Of a stretch of 64,000 bases of DNA, positions 21,328 to 32,333 are shown in pieces. The stretch spans positions 8,903-72,902 of the forward strand of contig JAKMFL010000040.1 in NCBI GenBank assembly GCA_022425485.1. The letters run 5' to 3'. The notes beneath the pieces were generated by a model. That model had not been told where the DNA came from. It did no database searches and saw only the letters and a program-made list of their open reading frames with translations. Source of the DNA: Alphaproteobacteria bacterium. Lineage in GTDB: Bacteria; Pseudomonadota; Alphaproteobacteria; Puniceispirillales; Puniceispirillaceae. The position numbers and the translations under genes were made by a program. How positions within the stretch are numbered: position 1 is the stretch's first letter; every line of letters starts with the position of its first letter.

Positions 21328-22570
21328 AGCGCAGCACCTCTGCCGGCGCGATATAGGAGGCACGCCATGCTGGATAAAGGCTAGCAACAAGGCTCAATAT
21401 CAGCGCCATAAAGACGACTAGCAACACCTCTGCTGGATTAACAATCGCTGGCAATTTTGAAAGATAATAAATCTCAGCAGAAAATAATTCTGCACCAGAA
21501 AGCCCCTCTATCAGCTGTTTGATATTGTCAATTTGCCAGCAAAACAAAAGACCAATAACCGTCCCTACAAATGTGCCTATCATGCCAATAGAGGCGCCAG
21601 TGATTAAAAATACCCGCATCACCATCGAAGAACTCGCCCCCATAGAGCGCAATACAGCGATATCTGCATTTTTCGACCGCACCAACATAATCATAGAAGA
21701 AACGATATTAAAAGCGGCAACAAGAATGATAAGGGTTAAAATGATAAACATGACATTACGTTCAACATTTAAGGCATTCAAAAAGCTTTTATTGCGTTCC
21801 TGCCAGTCAAATTGCCGGTATTTATTGCCCAGACTGACGGTAATTGCATTGCGTAAAAAACCTATTTTTAAGGGCGCATCTGAATACACCTCTATCCCCG
21901 ACACGGCATCTGGCAGATGAAAAAAGCTCTGCGCATGCGAAAGCGGCATAAAAATAAAGCTGTTATCATATTCATGCATACCGACTTTGAATAAGCCGCC
22001 AATGGTAAAGGTACGTTTGGTAGGAATAGACCCGAAAGCGGTTGTTCGCCCTGATGCAGATAACAGCGTAAGCTTATCCCCTAATTTCAGGCCAAGTCGA
22101 AAGGCCATCGTCTCGCCTATCAGGATGTGCTTATCGTCCCTGAAGGCGGCAATCGCTTGCTGGCTCAAACTGTCCCAAAGGGGCTTTCTTGCAGCGAGAT
22201 CAGACCACGCAACACCACGTACCACCGCCCCTGCCTGACCACGCGAAGAGCTTGCCATAACTTGACCTTGCACTTGGGGTGTAGCGGCAATGACATTTGG
22301 CAACTCTGCCAGCTTTAGCGCAAGCCTGTCATAATCCTTAAGCGGCTCGGAGGTAACAGAAAAAACGCCAATATGTCCGTTTAAACCAAGGATGCGATTA
22401 ATGAGCTCGGTGCGAAACCCGTTCATCACGCTCATCACAATAATAAGTGTGGCAACCCCAAGGGTAATGCCAGCAAAAGAAAACCACGCAATAACCGATA
22501 TAAACCCTTCTTCCCGGCGGGCGCGTAAATAGCGAAACGCTAACAGCCGTTCAACAGGTTTAAAAATCAT
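21320..22570 (-). CDS. lolC: Lipoprotein-releasing system permease (LolC/E family)
   Basis: 416 aa with MacB/FtsX-type topology and a large periplasmic loop, adjacent to lolD. Confidence 0.85.
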   Translation of the reverse strand: MIFKPVERLLAFRYLRARREEGFISVIAWFSFAGITLGVATLIIVMSVMNGFRTELINRILGLNGHIGVFSVTSEPLKDYDRLALKLAELPNVIAATPQVQGQVMASSSRGQAGAVVRGVAWSDLAARKPLWDSLSQQAIAAFRDDKHILIGETMAFRLGLKLGDKLTLLSASGRTTAFGSIPTKRTFTIGGLFKVGMHEYDNSFIFMPLSHAQSFFHLPDAVSGIEVYSDAPLKIGFLRNAITVSLGNKYRQFDWQERNKSFLNALNVERNVMFIILTLIILVAAFNIVSSMIMLVRSKNADIAVLRSMGASSSMVMRVFLITGASIGMIGTFVGTVIGLLFCWQIDNIKQLIEGLSGAELFSAEIYYLSKLPAIVNPAEVLLVVFMALILSLVASLYPAWRASYIAPAEVLRYE

Positions 22571-22692
22571 CTATATGCCTTTCTTCTGACTATCGTTTAC
22601 TTCTGTGTTTAGGTGACTTGTATCATGAATAACCATCTAGCATTACATTTTATCTAGGCCATCTAGCAGGGCTAAATATCTGGTCTAAATAT

Positions 22693-24036
22693 CTAGCTAA
22701 CTTTCTGGCTAACTTTCTGGGCTAAATGCGCCAGTAATGCGGCAGCAGCATCTTCTGGGCTGTGCTCAACCACCTCCCCTGTCTTCCTGCATTTTAGCTC
22801 CACAACCCCTCTTTCGGTAGAGCGGGGCCCTGCAATAATTTGCCATGGCAAGCCGATTAAATCCATACGCGCCAGCTTTGCACCCGCAGAATCCGTGCTG
22901 TCATCTAGCAGGACATCACGGCCTGCCTTTATGGCCGCTTGATAAATCATGTCGGTAACTTTATCTGTCTCGCTATGGCCGGGTTTTAGATTAACAATTC
23001 CAGCATCAAATGGACTAACAGATGCGGGCCAAATAATACCCCCATCATCATGGCTAGCCTCAATAATTGCGCCAACCAAACGAGATACACCAATGCCGTA
23101 GGAGCCCATATGCAAATCGGTCATCTCGCCATCTGGGCTAGAGACAGATGCCCCCATTGCGGCTGAATATTTGGTGCCGAAATAGAATATGTGCCCCACC
23201 TCAATGCCGCGCCGCATCATCAAATCTGCTTCGTCCACAGGGCAGGTATTTGCATCATGAGTTTCGTCTGTGCGGGCATAAAGCTGGGTGAACTGGTCAA
23301 CTACGGGCTGAAGATCATCGCCATACGAGATATCGGCAACCATATCTTTTTCCTGCCAGTCTTTATGGAAATAAACGCCGCTTTCCCCTGTGTCAGCTAA
23401 AATAATAAATTCATGGCTTAAATCGCCGCCGATAGGCCCGGTATCTGCTTCCATTGGGATAGCGGTCAGGCCAAGACGGGCAAAGGTTTTAAGATAAGAG
23501 ACGAACATTTTATTATAGGCAATGCGCGCGCCCTCAGCAGTTAAATCAAAGGAATATGCATCCTTCATATAAAATTCACGCCCCCGCATGACACCGAAAC
23601 GTGGGCGCACCTCATCTCTGAACTTCCATTGGATATGATAGAGGTTAATCGGCAAAGCGCGGTAGCTCTTGATGTGTGTACGGCAAATATCGGTTACCTG
23701 CTCTTCATTGGTCGGCCCATACAGCATATCGCGGTCATGACGGTCTTTAATGCGCAACATTTCCAGCCCATAATCATCATAACGGCCAGATTCTTGCCAC
23801 AACTCAGCCGGCTGGATAGTTGGCATCTTTATCTCAAATGCACCGCTGCGGTTTTGCTCTTCACGCACAATTTGTTCAATCTTAGACAGGACTTTCAGCC
23901 CCATTGGCAGCCATGAATAAATGCCCGCACTTGATTGCTGGATCATACCAGCACGTAGCATCAGCCGATGAGAGACTATTTGTGCCTCTTTCGGATTTTC
24001 TTTTAAAACAGGCAGAAAATATTGGGTCAAACGCAT
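22693..24036 (-). CDS. proS: Proline--tRNA ligase (short, alphaproteobacterial type)
   Basis: The ATG at 24036 gives [30 protein letters not shown]. Class II motifs are present. The 57 codons upstream in the ORF are rejected. Confidence 0.93.
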   Translation of the reverse strand: MRLTQYFLPVLKENPKEAQIVSHRLMLRAGMIQQSSAGIYSWLPMGLKVLSKIEQIVREEQNRSGAFEIKMPTIQPAELWQESGRYDDYGLEMLRIKDRHDRDMLYGPTNEEQVTDICRTHIKSYRALPINLYHIQWKFRDEVRPRFGVMRGREFYMKDAYSFDLTAEGARIAYNKMFVSYLKTFARLGLTAIPMEADTGPIGGDLSHEFIILADTGESGVYFHKDWQEKDMVADISYGDDLQPVVDQFTQLYARTDETHDANTCPVDEADLMMRRGIEVGHIFYFGTKYSAAMGASVSSPDGEMTDLHMGSYGIGVSRLVGAIIEASHDDGGIIWPASVSPFDAGIVNLKPGHSETDKVTDMIYQAAIKAGRDVLLDDSTDSAGAKLARMDLIGLPWQIIAGPRSTERGVVELKCRKTGEVVEHSPEDAAAALLAHLAQKVSQKVS

Positions 24037-24331
24037 AAGAAAATGGCTCCGAGAAGAGAATAGATTTTTGGCGCAATCTGGATAAGATAAAGCCGCGTAA
24101 TTCATCGGTATTAACCCTCGGATATTAGGGCAGAACACCCCTAAGATGCAAGCACTGCAAAGCGGTTTGGGGCTAATAATCCACCTCCCTGCGCCCCGTT
24201 GACGCATAAGATTTTGTGTATTTGCCTATCTTTTTGTGATAACCAGAAGCAAAAATAATTTTGCGGTAAAATCTTCTGCTGCTACCAAGCGGTACAGACA
24301 ACTGGCCCAGCGCAATAAAAATGAGAATATT

Positions 24332-25327
24332 ATGACAGAATCACATTTTCCCTATCAGCGCTTACGCCGCACCAGAAGCACTAGATTTATCCGCGATATG
24401 GTCGCGGAAAACAGCCTATCTCCTGCTGATTTTATCTGGCCGCTCTTTGTCTGTGAGGGAACAAATATTTATGAGCCTATCGCGTCTATGCCCGGTGTTG
24501 GTCGCCATTCCATAGATAAACTAATCGAACAAGCAAAAAGAGCTGTGCAGCTAGGCATCCCTGCTATTGCGCTGTTTCCAAAAACGCCAGAAGCCCTAAA
24601 AACAGCCAACGGTACTGAAGCCGTAAACAAGGGTAATCTTATTTGTGAAGCGGTAAGAGAAGTAAAAGGCGCCTTCCCTGAACTCGGCATTGTCTGTGAT
24701 GTGGCACTTGACCCCTATACGGATCATGGACATGACGGGCTATTAGATGAGACTGGCCATATTGTGAATGATGCAACGGTTGAGATTCTCGTCGAGCAGG
24801 CGCGCACGCTAGCCGAGGCGGGCTGTGATATTATCGCCCCGTCAGATATGATGGATGGGCGTGTTGGCGCCATTCGCGATATGCTTGAAGCCAGTAACTT
24901 CCCTAATGTGATGATTATGTCCTATGCGGCAAAATATGCCTCGGCCTTTTATGGTCCTTTCCGTGATGCGGTTGGCGCGGGAAGCAAATTAGGTGGGGAT
25001 GGGAAAAAAACCTATCAGATGGATCCCGCAAATAGTGATGAAGCCTTGCGCGAGGTAGCTGCCGATATATCCGAAGGTGCCGATATGGTAATGGTAAAAC
25101 CCGGCATGCCCTATCTAGACATCATACAGCGGGTGACAGATAGCTATAATATTCCGTGCTTTGCTTATCAAGTATCGGGGGAATATGCGATGCTAAATGC
25201 CGCAGCTGAAAAAGGCTGGCTAGACAGAAATGCGGTGATGCAGGAAAGCCTGCTTGCTTTTAAACGTGCTGGCGCGGCTGGTATATTAACCTATTTTGCC
25301 CCTGAAATGGCAGAAAAGCTGGCCTAA
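24332..25327 (+). CDS. hemB: Porphobilinogen synthase (delta-aminolevulinate dehydratase), Asp-rich (Mg-type) metal site
   Basis: The ATG at 24332 gives MTESHFPYQRLRRTR. It has CDVALDPYTDHGHDG in place of the Cys-rich Zn site, and the active-site region VMVKPGMPYLD. Confidence 0.93.
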   Translation: MTESHFPYQRLRRTRSTRFIRDMVAENSLSPADFIWPLFVCEGTNIYEPIASMPGVGRHSIDKLIEQAKRAVQLGIPAIALFPKTPEALKTANGTEAVNKGNLICEAVREVKGAFPELGIVCDVALDPYTDHGHDGLLDETGHIVNDATVEILVEQARTLAEAGCDIIAPSDMMDGRVGAIRDMLEASNFPNVMIMSYAAKYASAFYGPFRDAVGAGSKLGGDGKKTYQMDPANSDEALREVAADISEGADMVMVKPGMPYLDIIQRVTDSYNIPCFAYQVSGEYAMLNAAAEKGWLDRNAVMQESLLAFKRAGAAGILTYFAPEMAEKLA

Positions 25328-25501
25328 TTCCCCCAGCCAAACAAGCTCAGCATACTTTTTTGCAAAGCCCCTTTAAATTTGTTTAACAAATTCTGGCAAG
25401 TGAGAGAAAAATAGAAAAAGGGGTCGCATTCCTCATAACGCTTCTATTTTACACCTGTTTTGTTGATAGATGGGTTTAATAAAACGAAGGGGACATCCAA
25501 A

Positions 25502-26719
25502 ATGACCACTGTCAAAGCTGAAGATGTTTTTGCTGCGAGCAAGGCTCTGGCGGGATATATCATTGAAACCCCCACGCTCTTATCACCAGCTCTGTCTGAG
25601 CAGTTTAACTGTCAGCTTTATTTCAAGCATGAGCAATTGCAATATACCTCATCTTTTAAAGCACGCGGCGCCTTTATGGCGCTGGACGCATTGGATGAAG
25701 AAACCAAAAAGCGTGGTGTTATTGCCATGTCTGCTGGCAATCATGCACAAGCCCTTGCTTTTCGTGCCCGCAATATGGGGGTGCGGGCAACCATTGTCAT
25801 GCCAGAACAAACACCTTTTGCAAAGGTCGAGCGCACCCGATCCTATGGGGCGGAAATTGTCCTTAAGGGGCGCGATTTAAATGAATGTGAAAGCAGTGTG
25901 CGCGCATTGATAGACGCGCATGGCTACACTCTTATTCACCCTTATGATAATCCCCATGTGGTAGCTGGGCAAGGCACAGCAGGGCTGGAAATGCTGCGTT
26001 CCGTGCCAGACCTAGATATGCTGGTCGTTCCGATAGGCGGCGGTGGTCTTATCGCCGGCATGGCGCTTATAGCGAAATCTATCAAACCTGAAATACAGAT
26101 TATCGGGGTGGAAGCTGAGCTTTATCCTTCGGTAAGCCAAATGATTGCAGGTCAGCCAGTTATTTGCGGCGGCGAGACAATCGCAGAAGGCATAGCTGTT
26201 AAAAGCCCGGGCAGCATTACCTTGCCAATTATTGAAGAATTAGTGGATGATATTATCCTTGTTGGCGAGCAGCAGCTGGAATGGGCCGTTGGCACACTGG
26301 CCGAGCAACAGCGTGTCATTGCCGAAGGGGCCGGTGCAGCTAGTCTTGCGGCCATCGCAAGCGCGCCTGCCCGATTTAAGGGCCGGAAAATTGGCGGTAT
26401 TATCTGCGGCGGAAATATTGATATGCGTCTGCTAGGTACCATTTTAAACCGCAATATGATGTCAGATGGCCGGCTTATTCGTTTACGCATTGGCATATCA
26501 GATGAGCCAGGCATGCTCGCAAAAATCGCTACAGCAATTGCCGATTGCGGCGGAAATATTGTTGAAATCTATCATCAACGTATGTTCTATGATATCCCTG
26601 CGAAGCTTGCCAAAATTGACGCGGTAGTGGATACCAGAGGGCAAGCGCATGCAAATGAGATCATTACTGCGCTTCAAAATAAAAAATTTCAGGTGGATGT
26701 GATAGAAGAGCCGTCATAA
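25502..26719 (+). CDS. ilvA: Threonine ammonia-lyase (PLP-dependent, with a C-terminal ACT-like domain)
   Basis: It has the PLP-lysine motif SSFKARGA, SAGNHAQA and the glycine loop GGGGLIAG. The ATG at 25502 follows GAAGGGGA. The TTG at 25460 is rejected. Confidence 0.8.
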   Translation: MTTVKAEDVFAASKALAGYIIETPTLLSPALSEQFNCQLYFKHEQLQYTSSFKARGAFMALDALDEETKKRGVIAMSAGNHAQALAFRARNMGVRATIVMPEQTPFAKVERTRSYGAEIVLKGRDLNECESSVRALIDAHGYTLIHPYDNPHVVAGQGTAGLEMLRSVPDLDMLVVPIGGGGLIAGMALIAKSIKPEIQIIGVEAELYPSVSQMIAGQPVICGGETIAEGIAVKSPGSITLPIIEELVDDIILVGEQQLEWAVGTLAEQQRVIAEGAGAASLAAIASAPARFKGRKIGGIICGGNIDMRLLGTILNRNMMSDGRLIRLRIGISDEPGMLAKIATAIADCGGNIVEIYHQRMFYDIPAKLAKIDAVVDTRGQAHANEIITALQNKKFQVDVIEEPS

Positions 26720-26798
26720 AAGTGGCATTTTGCGCTAAATAATCATAGAAAACCCTAAACAACTTGCAAAAGCCGCTTAATTACCGAAAACTGATATT

Positions 26799-27527
26799 AT
26801 GGATCAAACTAGCCGGATATTCCCTGTTCTTCCCTTGCGCTTGCGCGTTACACGCCCGCAACCTTGCGCTTATTTAGCTGGTCAGCAAGAACAACGTCTG
26901 GCTGGGGATATCAGCGCACGACCAGAAGAGCATGACAGCCTTGCTGAAGCGGGGTTTAGGCGCGTTGAAAATTGGGTCTATAAGCCTGCTTGCCAAAATT
27001 GTCAGGCGTGTCAGCCTATCCGCGTGATAACCAAAAATTTTCAGCTTTCGCGCAACCAAAAACGTGTCATATCAAAAAATGCTGACTTAAGGCGGACAGT
27101 CAATCAGGGGCATCTAACGCTAGAGCATTATGATATTTTCCAGCGCTATCTTGGGCGCCGGCACGAAGATGGGCAGATGGCCAGCATGAGCTATGATGAA
27201 TATTCTGCTATGATTACCAACAGCCCTATTCAAACCAGCTTATACGAATATCGCAACCCAGATAATAAGCTAGTGGCGTGCGTGCTGGTAGATCTACAAC
27301 GGGACGGTCTAAGCGCGGTTTATAGTTTTTTTGATACCGCCCCAGAGATGCATGCGCGTTCTATCGGAACCTATATGATTCTGGATATGATAGGGCTTAG
27401 CCAGCAGTTAGAGTTGCCCTATCTCTATTTAGGCTATTATGTCGAGCAAAGCCCAAAAATGGCTTACAAGACGCGATTTAACCCTAGCCAAATCTTAAAA
27501 GATGGCAAATGGGAGACTTTATCTTAA
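26799..27527 (+). CDS. bpt: Aspartate/glutamate leucyltransferase (arginyl-tRNA-protein transferase family, N-end rule)
   Basis: 242 aa with a Cys cluster CQNCQACQPIR and a YLYLGYY motif typical of bacterial ATE/Bpt. Confidence 0.8.
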   Translation: MDQTSRIFPVLPLRLRVTRPQPCAYLAGQQEQRLAGDISARPEEHDSLAEAGFRRVENWVYKPACQNCQACQPIRVITKNFQLSRNQKRVISKNADLRRTVNQGHLTLEHYDIFQRYLGRRHEDGQMASMSYDEYSAMITNSPIQTSLYEYRNPDNKLVACVLVDLQRDGLSAVYSFFDTAPEMHARSIGTYMILDMIGLSQQLELPYLYLGYYVEQSPKMAYKTRFNPSQILKDGKWETLS

Positions 27528-27580
27528 ATAAAAGCCGTATCTTTAGTAACACCCGAATCTTAGGTGAAATAGGTCGGGGT

Positions 27581-29797
27581 TTACGTAAAACGCGCGGGGC
27601 GCGGAAATCCGTTTGGCGGTAACTTACCTGCCGCGCCGCGTTTTCCCTGCCACGCTAGCAAATCTGTTTCTGTGCGGGTGCGTCCGCCGCCCATTTGCCA
27701 TGACAGCCCGTTTGCGAGGGTGAAAACCTTTACATCGGACAACTCGCCATCTTTATAACGTTGCAGGATAACCCCCTTGCCGCGTTGCATCTCTGGCACT
27801 TCATCTAGCTTAAAGATCAGTAGCCTACGATTTTGCCCTACCACCGCAACATGATCGCCGTCAGCAGGGCAACAAGCAACTGCCTTCGCACCGCCAGACA
27901 GGTTTAGCACCTGCTTGCCAGAGCGGGTTTGTGCCATCGCTGCTTTCATATCAATAACAAGACCATGTCCAGTGCTAGCCGCAATGAGCAAACGGCCATC
28001 GGTAACCTTCATCAACTTCACCAACGGTGTGTCCGCAGGCATATCTATCATCAAATTTATTGGCTCACCAAAGCCTCTGCCCTTTGGCAGACGATCGCAT
28101 GAGAGCGTGTAGAACCGCCCATTTTGGGCAAGTAGGAGTAATTTATCTGTTGTTTCTGCATGCAGGGCAAAGGCTGGCCCATCCCCGTCCTTGAACTTGA
28201 AACTACCTTCTAAATCTAGATGCCCTTTCATAGCCCTGATCCAGCCTTTTTCAGAGCAAATCACGGTAACAGGCTCTTTTTCGATAAGGATTTCGTTAAT
28301 ATCGATATCTACTTCAGGCGCTAAGCCTAGGGCGGTACGGCGGGTATCTGTCTTAGCAAAATGCGTACGCACATCCTTAATCTGGTTAGATACCACCCGC
28401 CATTGCCGCGCTTCATCGCCAACCAACGCGGTTAGGTCGGCCTGCTCTTCGGTAAGTTTAGTGCGCTCCGTACGCAACGCCTCTTCTTCAAGACGGCGCA
28501 GGGAACGCAGGCGCATATCTAAAACGGCATTTGCTTGGACTTCATTCAGGCCAAACCGCGCCATCAACTCATCGCGCGGATGGTCGGCCTCACGAATAAT
28601 GGCAATAACCTCATCAAGATTTAAAAAGACCATCAGATAGCCTTCTAAAATCTCCAATCGTTTAGCAATTTTATCTAGACGGTGCTGGCTGCGTCTCACC
28701 AACACAATCCGGCGATGATCAAGCCAAGCTTGCAGCGCCTGTTTCAGGCCCATTACGGATGGCCGGCCGCTTGCATCTAGCACATTCAAATTCATGGAGA
28801 TACGCGCTTCAAGATCGGTTAAGCGGAACAGGCTTTCCATTACCACTTCTGGGTCAAGTCGGCGCGATTTGGGCTCTAGTACAAGCCGGATATCTTCGGC
28901 TGATTCATCTCTTATATCAGCAAGCATTGGCAGCTTACGATCTTGCAGCATTTCCGCCATCTTCTCGATCAAACGCGATTTTTGCACCTGATAGGGAATT
29001 TCGGTTACAATAATTTGCCAACTGCCCCCTTTTTCACGCTCAACCTCCCATTTTGCCCGCAAACGAAAGCCGCCCTTCCCACTGTTATAGGTCGCGTGCA
29101 TCGTCTCGGCAGGCTCTACCAAAACACCGCCTGTGGGAAAATCTGGCCCTTTGACATAGCCAAGCAGCGTATCCATTGCCGCCCCCGGATATTTAATCAA
29201 ATGCAGGGCCGCATCACATAACTCGGTTACATTATGCGGCGGGATAGAGGTTGCCATACCAACAGCGATGCCTTGCGCACCATTGGCGAGCAAATTGGGA
29301 AAACCCGCTGGCAATAATACAGGCTCTTCTGCCTCCCCATCATAGGTCGCGCGAAAATCAATAGCATCTTCGTCAATACCATCCAAAAGCAGGCGCGCAA
29401 CTTCGGTCATTCGCGCTTCGGTATAGCGCATCGCAGCCGCGTTATCCCCGTCTACATTCCCAAAATTTCCCTGCCCATCTACCAGCTGGTAACGCATCGC
29501 AAAATCTTGCGCAAGGCGAACCATCGCATCATAAATTGCAGCGTCTCCATGCGGGTGAAACTTACCCATCACGTCCCCAACAACACGGGCAGATTTCTTA
29601 AATCCTTGATCAGGATCAAGCTTTAATTGGCGCATGGCAAATAACAGGCGGCGATGGACAGGCTTTAGGCCATCACGAACATCTGGCAGTGAGCGAGCGG
29701 TAATAGTGGACAGCGCATAAGCCAGATAACGTTCAGATAAGGCAGCGGAAAAATTTGCCTTTTCAATATGCTCGTCAGAAAGAAGATCGTTTGTCAT
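27581..29797 (-). CDS. parC: DNA topoisomerase IV subunit A
   Basis: 738 aa with RSLPDVRDGLKPVHRR and the active-site region AAMRYTEARM. Its length fits ParC rather than GyrA. Confidence 0.9.
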   Translation of the reverse strand: MTNDLLSDEHIEKANFSAALSERYLAYALSTITARSLPDVRDGLKPVHRRLLFAMRQLKLDPDQGFKKSARVVGDVMGKFHPHGDAAIYDAMVRLAQDFAMRYQLVDGQGNFGNVDGDNAAAMRYTEARMTEVARLLLDGIDEDAIDFRATYDGEAEEPVLLPAGFPNLLANGAQGIAVGMATSIPPHNVTELCDAALHLIKYPGAAMDTLLGYVKGPDFPTGGVLVEPAETMHATYNSGKGGFRLRAKWEVEREKGGSWQIIVTEIPYQVQKSRLIEKMAEMLQDRKLPMLADIRDESAEDIRLVLEPKSRRLDPEVVMESLFRLTDLEARISMNLNVLDASGRPSVMGLKQALQAWLDHRRIVLVRRSQHRLDKIAKRLEILEGYLMVFLNLDEVIAIIREADHPRDELMARFGLNEVQANAVLDMRLRSLRRLEEEALRTERTKLTEEQADLTALVGDEARQWRVVSNQIKDVRTHFAKTDTRRTALGLAPEVDIDINEILIEKEPVTVICSEKGWIRAMKGHLDLEGSFKFKDGDGPAFALHAETTDKLLLLAQNGRFYTLSCDRLPKGRGFGEPINLMIDMPADTPLVKLMKVTDGRLLIAASTGHGLVIDMKAAMAQTRSGKQVLNLSGGAKAVACCPADGDHVAVVGQNRRLLIFKLDEVPEMQRGKGVILQRYKDGELSDVKVFTLANGLSWQMGGGRTRTETDLLAWQGKRGAAGKLPPNGFPRPARFT

Positions 29798-29865
29798 TTT
29801 GGTCTCTAAGGGGGTAGCGTAACGTCTTTGCCAAAAACAGGCTATTTCACCTGTCTACACAATAT

Positions 29866-30642
29866 CTATGAGTTGTTATAACGCTTTGCTACCAGATGTG
29901 CTAGCCTCAAACGTGGTTGCGGCAAATCCTTATTCACAAGCTCAAATAAACGGCGTTTCAGGAAATGTCCGGTTAGCTGCAACCCATCTTCCAACGCATT
30001 ATCTGATATTTTCATCACATCTACACCATCATTAGAGGCACCGAGCGCATCAGACCGCAGAAAAGCGGGCAAGCGTAGCATCCTATCTTCATACCCGCCT
30101 GCATGATCGCGGTGGATAGCATTGCCGCTTTTTGGGCTAACATAGATCAGATTATCAGCTAGCCCACTTACAGCGCACTTTTCAAGACCCAGCCCAAAAC
30201 CCAGCCTGCGTAATAATTCAGCTTCCCAGCGTATATAAAAGCCAAGCCAGCTTTCCTCTTCCTCAGCCAAATTAATAATCTCGATAAGGGCTATGGTGCT
30301 TTCCCAAACAGAGGCAACAGGCTCGCGCTCAGGCAGGCCAACATCCAATATCGCGCAAATCGAAGAAAGTCCGGCCAGCCGAATAGGCGTATCCAAAAAT
30401 ACAGCGGAAGGGTTTTTTATCAGCTCTAGCTGAAAACTGCCTAATTGTTCGCTAAGCCTTGCCCGCCACTCTGCGGCAACGGTATTTCCGGGCTCATAAA
30501 TGCCCTTTTTGGTGCGCGAATCAAACCCATGAACGAGCCCTGCATGGCGTCCGCGCTCAGAGGTGAGAAGGTTGATAACGCCTTTATTCTCACCATAAGC
30601 GCGGGCGGATAGAATAATTCCAGTATCTGACCATTCAGGCAT
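29866..30642 (-). CDS. recO: DNA repair protein RecO
   Basis: 258 aa with an OB-fold N-terminus. It lies immediately downstream of era and overlaps it by 8 nt. Confidence 0.85.
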   Translation of the reverse strand: MPEWSDTGIILSARAYGENKGVINLLTSERGRHAGLVHGFDSRTKKGIYEPGNTVAAEWRARLSEQLGSFQLELIKNPSAVFLDTPIRLAGLSSICAILDVGLPEREPVASVWESTIALIEIINLAEEEESWLGFYIRWEAELLRRLGFGLGLEKCAVSGLADNLIYVSPKSGNAIHRDHAGGYEDRMLRLPAFLRSDALGASNDGVDVMKISDNALEDGLQLTGHFLKRRLFELVNKDLPQPRLRLAHLVAKRYNNS

Positions 30643-31576
30643 TGAAATCTAGATCCCAATCGCGGTAGCGATCTTTGTCATCCATCCAATCTTTTTTATG
30701 TTTAACAAAGCTTTTCAGATGGATGCGTCGTTCAAACATCTCTTCTAGCTCATGGCGGGCTGCTTGACCAATACGTTTGATGGTTTGCCCACCCTTGCCT
30801 AGCACAATACCGCGATGCCCTTCGCGGCTGACAAAAATAACCAGCTTTATCTCTGCACTACCATCCTCACGCTCTTCCCAGCTCTCGCACTCCACCGTCA
30901 TCTGATAGGGCAATTCCTGATGCAAATTCAGAAACAGCTTTTCCCGCATAATCTCTGCTGCCATTAGGCGCATAGGCAAGTCTGAAAGATCCTCCGGATC
31001 ATATAAAAAGGGGCTTTCGGGCATTTTGCTTGCCAGCCAGCGACGCACATCATCCACCCCTTCACCAGAGGTAGCAGATATCATGAAAATCTTTTCGAAA
31101 TCATAAAGCTCTGACAGCTCTTTGGTACGTGCCAAATAATGCTCTGTTTGTGTTAAATCTGTTTTATTCAGAATAAGCGATGCACGTGCACCAGTTTCTT
31201 TTAAATTTTTGATGATAGCCAGCGTATCTTCATCTATTTTCTTACGCGCACAATCATGCAGGAGCAACAGCACATCGCCATCATCTGCACCCTGCCAAGC
31301 GGCGCTGACCATTGCCCTATCAAGCCGTCTTTTCGGCGTAAAAATACCGGGCGTATCCACGAAAATAATTTGCGTGTTAGCCTCCATCGCAATACCGCGT
31401 ACTCGGCTTCGCGTAGTTTGTACCTTTGGCGTTACAATCGATATTTTATGCCCAACCATCGCGTTCATCAATGTTGATTTACCAGCGTTTGGCGCACCTA
31501 TGAGGGCTGCAAATCCAGCCCGTGTCGGCGCTTGGGAAGAAGAGGTGTTTTGGTCTGCCTGTTGTTTATCTGTCAT
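30635..31576 (-). CDS. era: GTPase Era
   Basis: G1 GAPNAGKST, G3 DTPG, G4 NKTD and a C-terminal KH domain. Confidence 0.95.
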   Translation of the reverse strand: MTDKQQADQNTSSSQAPTRAGFAALIGAPNAGKSTLMNAMVGHKISIVTPKVQTTRSRVRGIAMEANTQIIFVDTPGIFTPKRRLDRAMVSAAWQGADDGDVLLLLHDCARKKIDEDTLAIIKNLKETGARASLILNKTDLTQTEHYLARTKELSELYDFEKIFMISATSGEGVDDVRRWLASKMPESPFLYDPEDLSDLPMRLMAAEIMREKLFLNLHQELPYQMTVECESWEEREDGSAEIKLVIFVSREGHRGIVLGKGGQTIKRIGQAARHELEEMFERRIHLKSFVKHKKDWMDDKDRYRDWDLDFNA

Positions 31577-31580
31577 TCAT

Positions 31581-32321
31581 TTATGCCTTATCTTGGCGAA
31601 TATGCGTTTTAAGAAAAGCAGCGGCGGCTTCCCGTTCTGCTATTTTGCGCGACCGGCCTAACCCTGTCTGTGGTGAAAAGCCCTTCAAAGATACCTCAAT
31701 ACAAAAATTCGGTTCATGGTCGCTGCCACTTTGGCCAACCAATTTATAAGATGGCAGCCCTAGTTTTTGGGCAGCCGCCCATTCTTGAAGGGCTGATTTC
31801 GGGTTTTCGGACACATTATCTGGCGCGGCTTCACTGACCTGCCAATGCGCTTTAATAAAGGCCGCTGCTGCCTCAAGCCCCCCATCTAGATAGATAGCAG
31901 CTATTAAAGCCTCTATCATATCCGCCTGCACGGATGCGCGCTCGCTAAGATTAGCCGCACCTTTTTCATGTATCAGGCACTGTTGCAGACCCAGTTTGGT
32001 ACAAATGCTTGCCAGATATTCTTTGCGTGCTAGCGCATGAAACCGGGTTGTTAACTCGCCCTGATCAGCATCTGGAAAAGCGCGGTAAAGCCAGTCACTT
32101 AAAACCAATGCCAGGATGCGATCACCGAAAAATTCTAGCCGCTCATAGCTCTGGCTTGGAAGGGGCGCAGCACTCGAATGCATAAGCGCTGACCAAAGCA
32201 GGATTTTATCGCTGAATTCATAGCCTGTCAGGCCTTCAGCCAGTAGCATTTCTGGCTGATTATCTGCTGATTGGGCATATTGTGCCCTGTTGTCAGAATC
32301 TGTCACGAAGCCGAGACGCAC
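31581..32321 (-). CDS. rnc: Ribonuclease III
   Basis: It has the signature ERLEFFGDRIL and a C-terminal dsRBD. The true start may be an internal Met. Confidence 0.93.
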   Translation of the reverse strand: MRLGFVTDSDNRAQYAQSADNQPEMLLAEGLTGYEFSDKILLWSALMHSSAAPLPSQSYERLEFFGDRILALVLSDWLYRAFPDADQGELTTRFHALARKEYLASICTKLGLQQCLIHEKGAANLSERASVQADMIEALIAAIYLDGGLEAAAAFIKAHWQVSEAAPDNVSENPKSALQEWAAAQKLGLPSYKLVGQSGSDHEPNFCIEVSLKGFSPQTGLGRSRKIAEREAAAAFLKTHIRQDKA

Positions 32322-32333
32322 CTTTCTATTTTT

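Noticed and set aside
24169-24197. Second hairpin with CCTCCC in its loop (GGGGC...GCCCC) in the proS / hemB divergent spacer, plus a TTAGGG/CCCTAA hairpin at 24125-24144.
   Set aside because: The stems are only 5-6 bp, and the CCTCCC hexamer is expected many times per 64 kb by chance. There is no DUF1127 context or terminator. It is probably ordinary leader or promoter sequence.
24037-24207. N-terminal 57-codon extension of the proS ORF (and similar upstream extensions of tsf, lolD, bamA, hemB, ilvA, soxG and the efflux adaptor).
   Set aside because: The extensions lack family-conserved sequence, and often begin at non-ATG codons or overlap the neighbouring gene. In each case an internal ATG reproduces the canonical N-terminus of the family.
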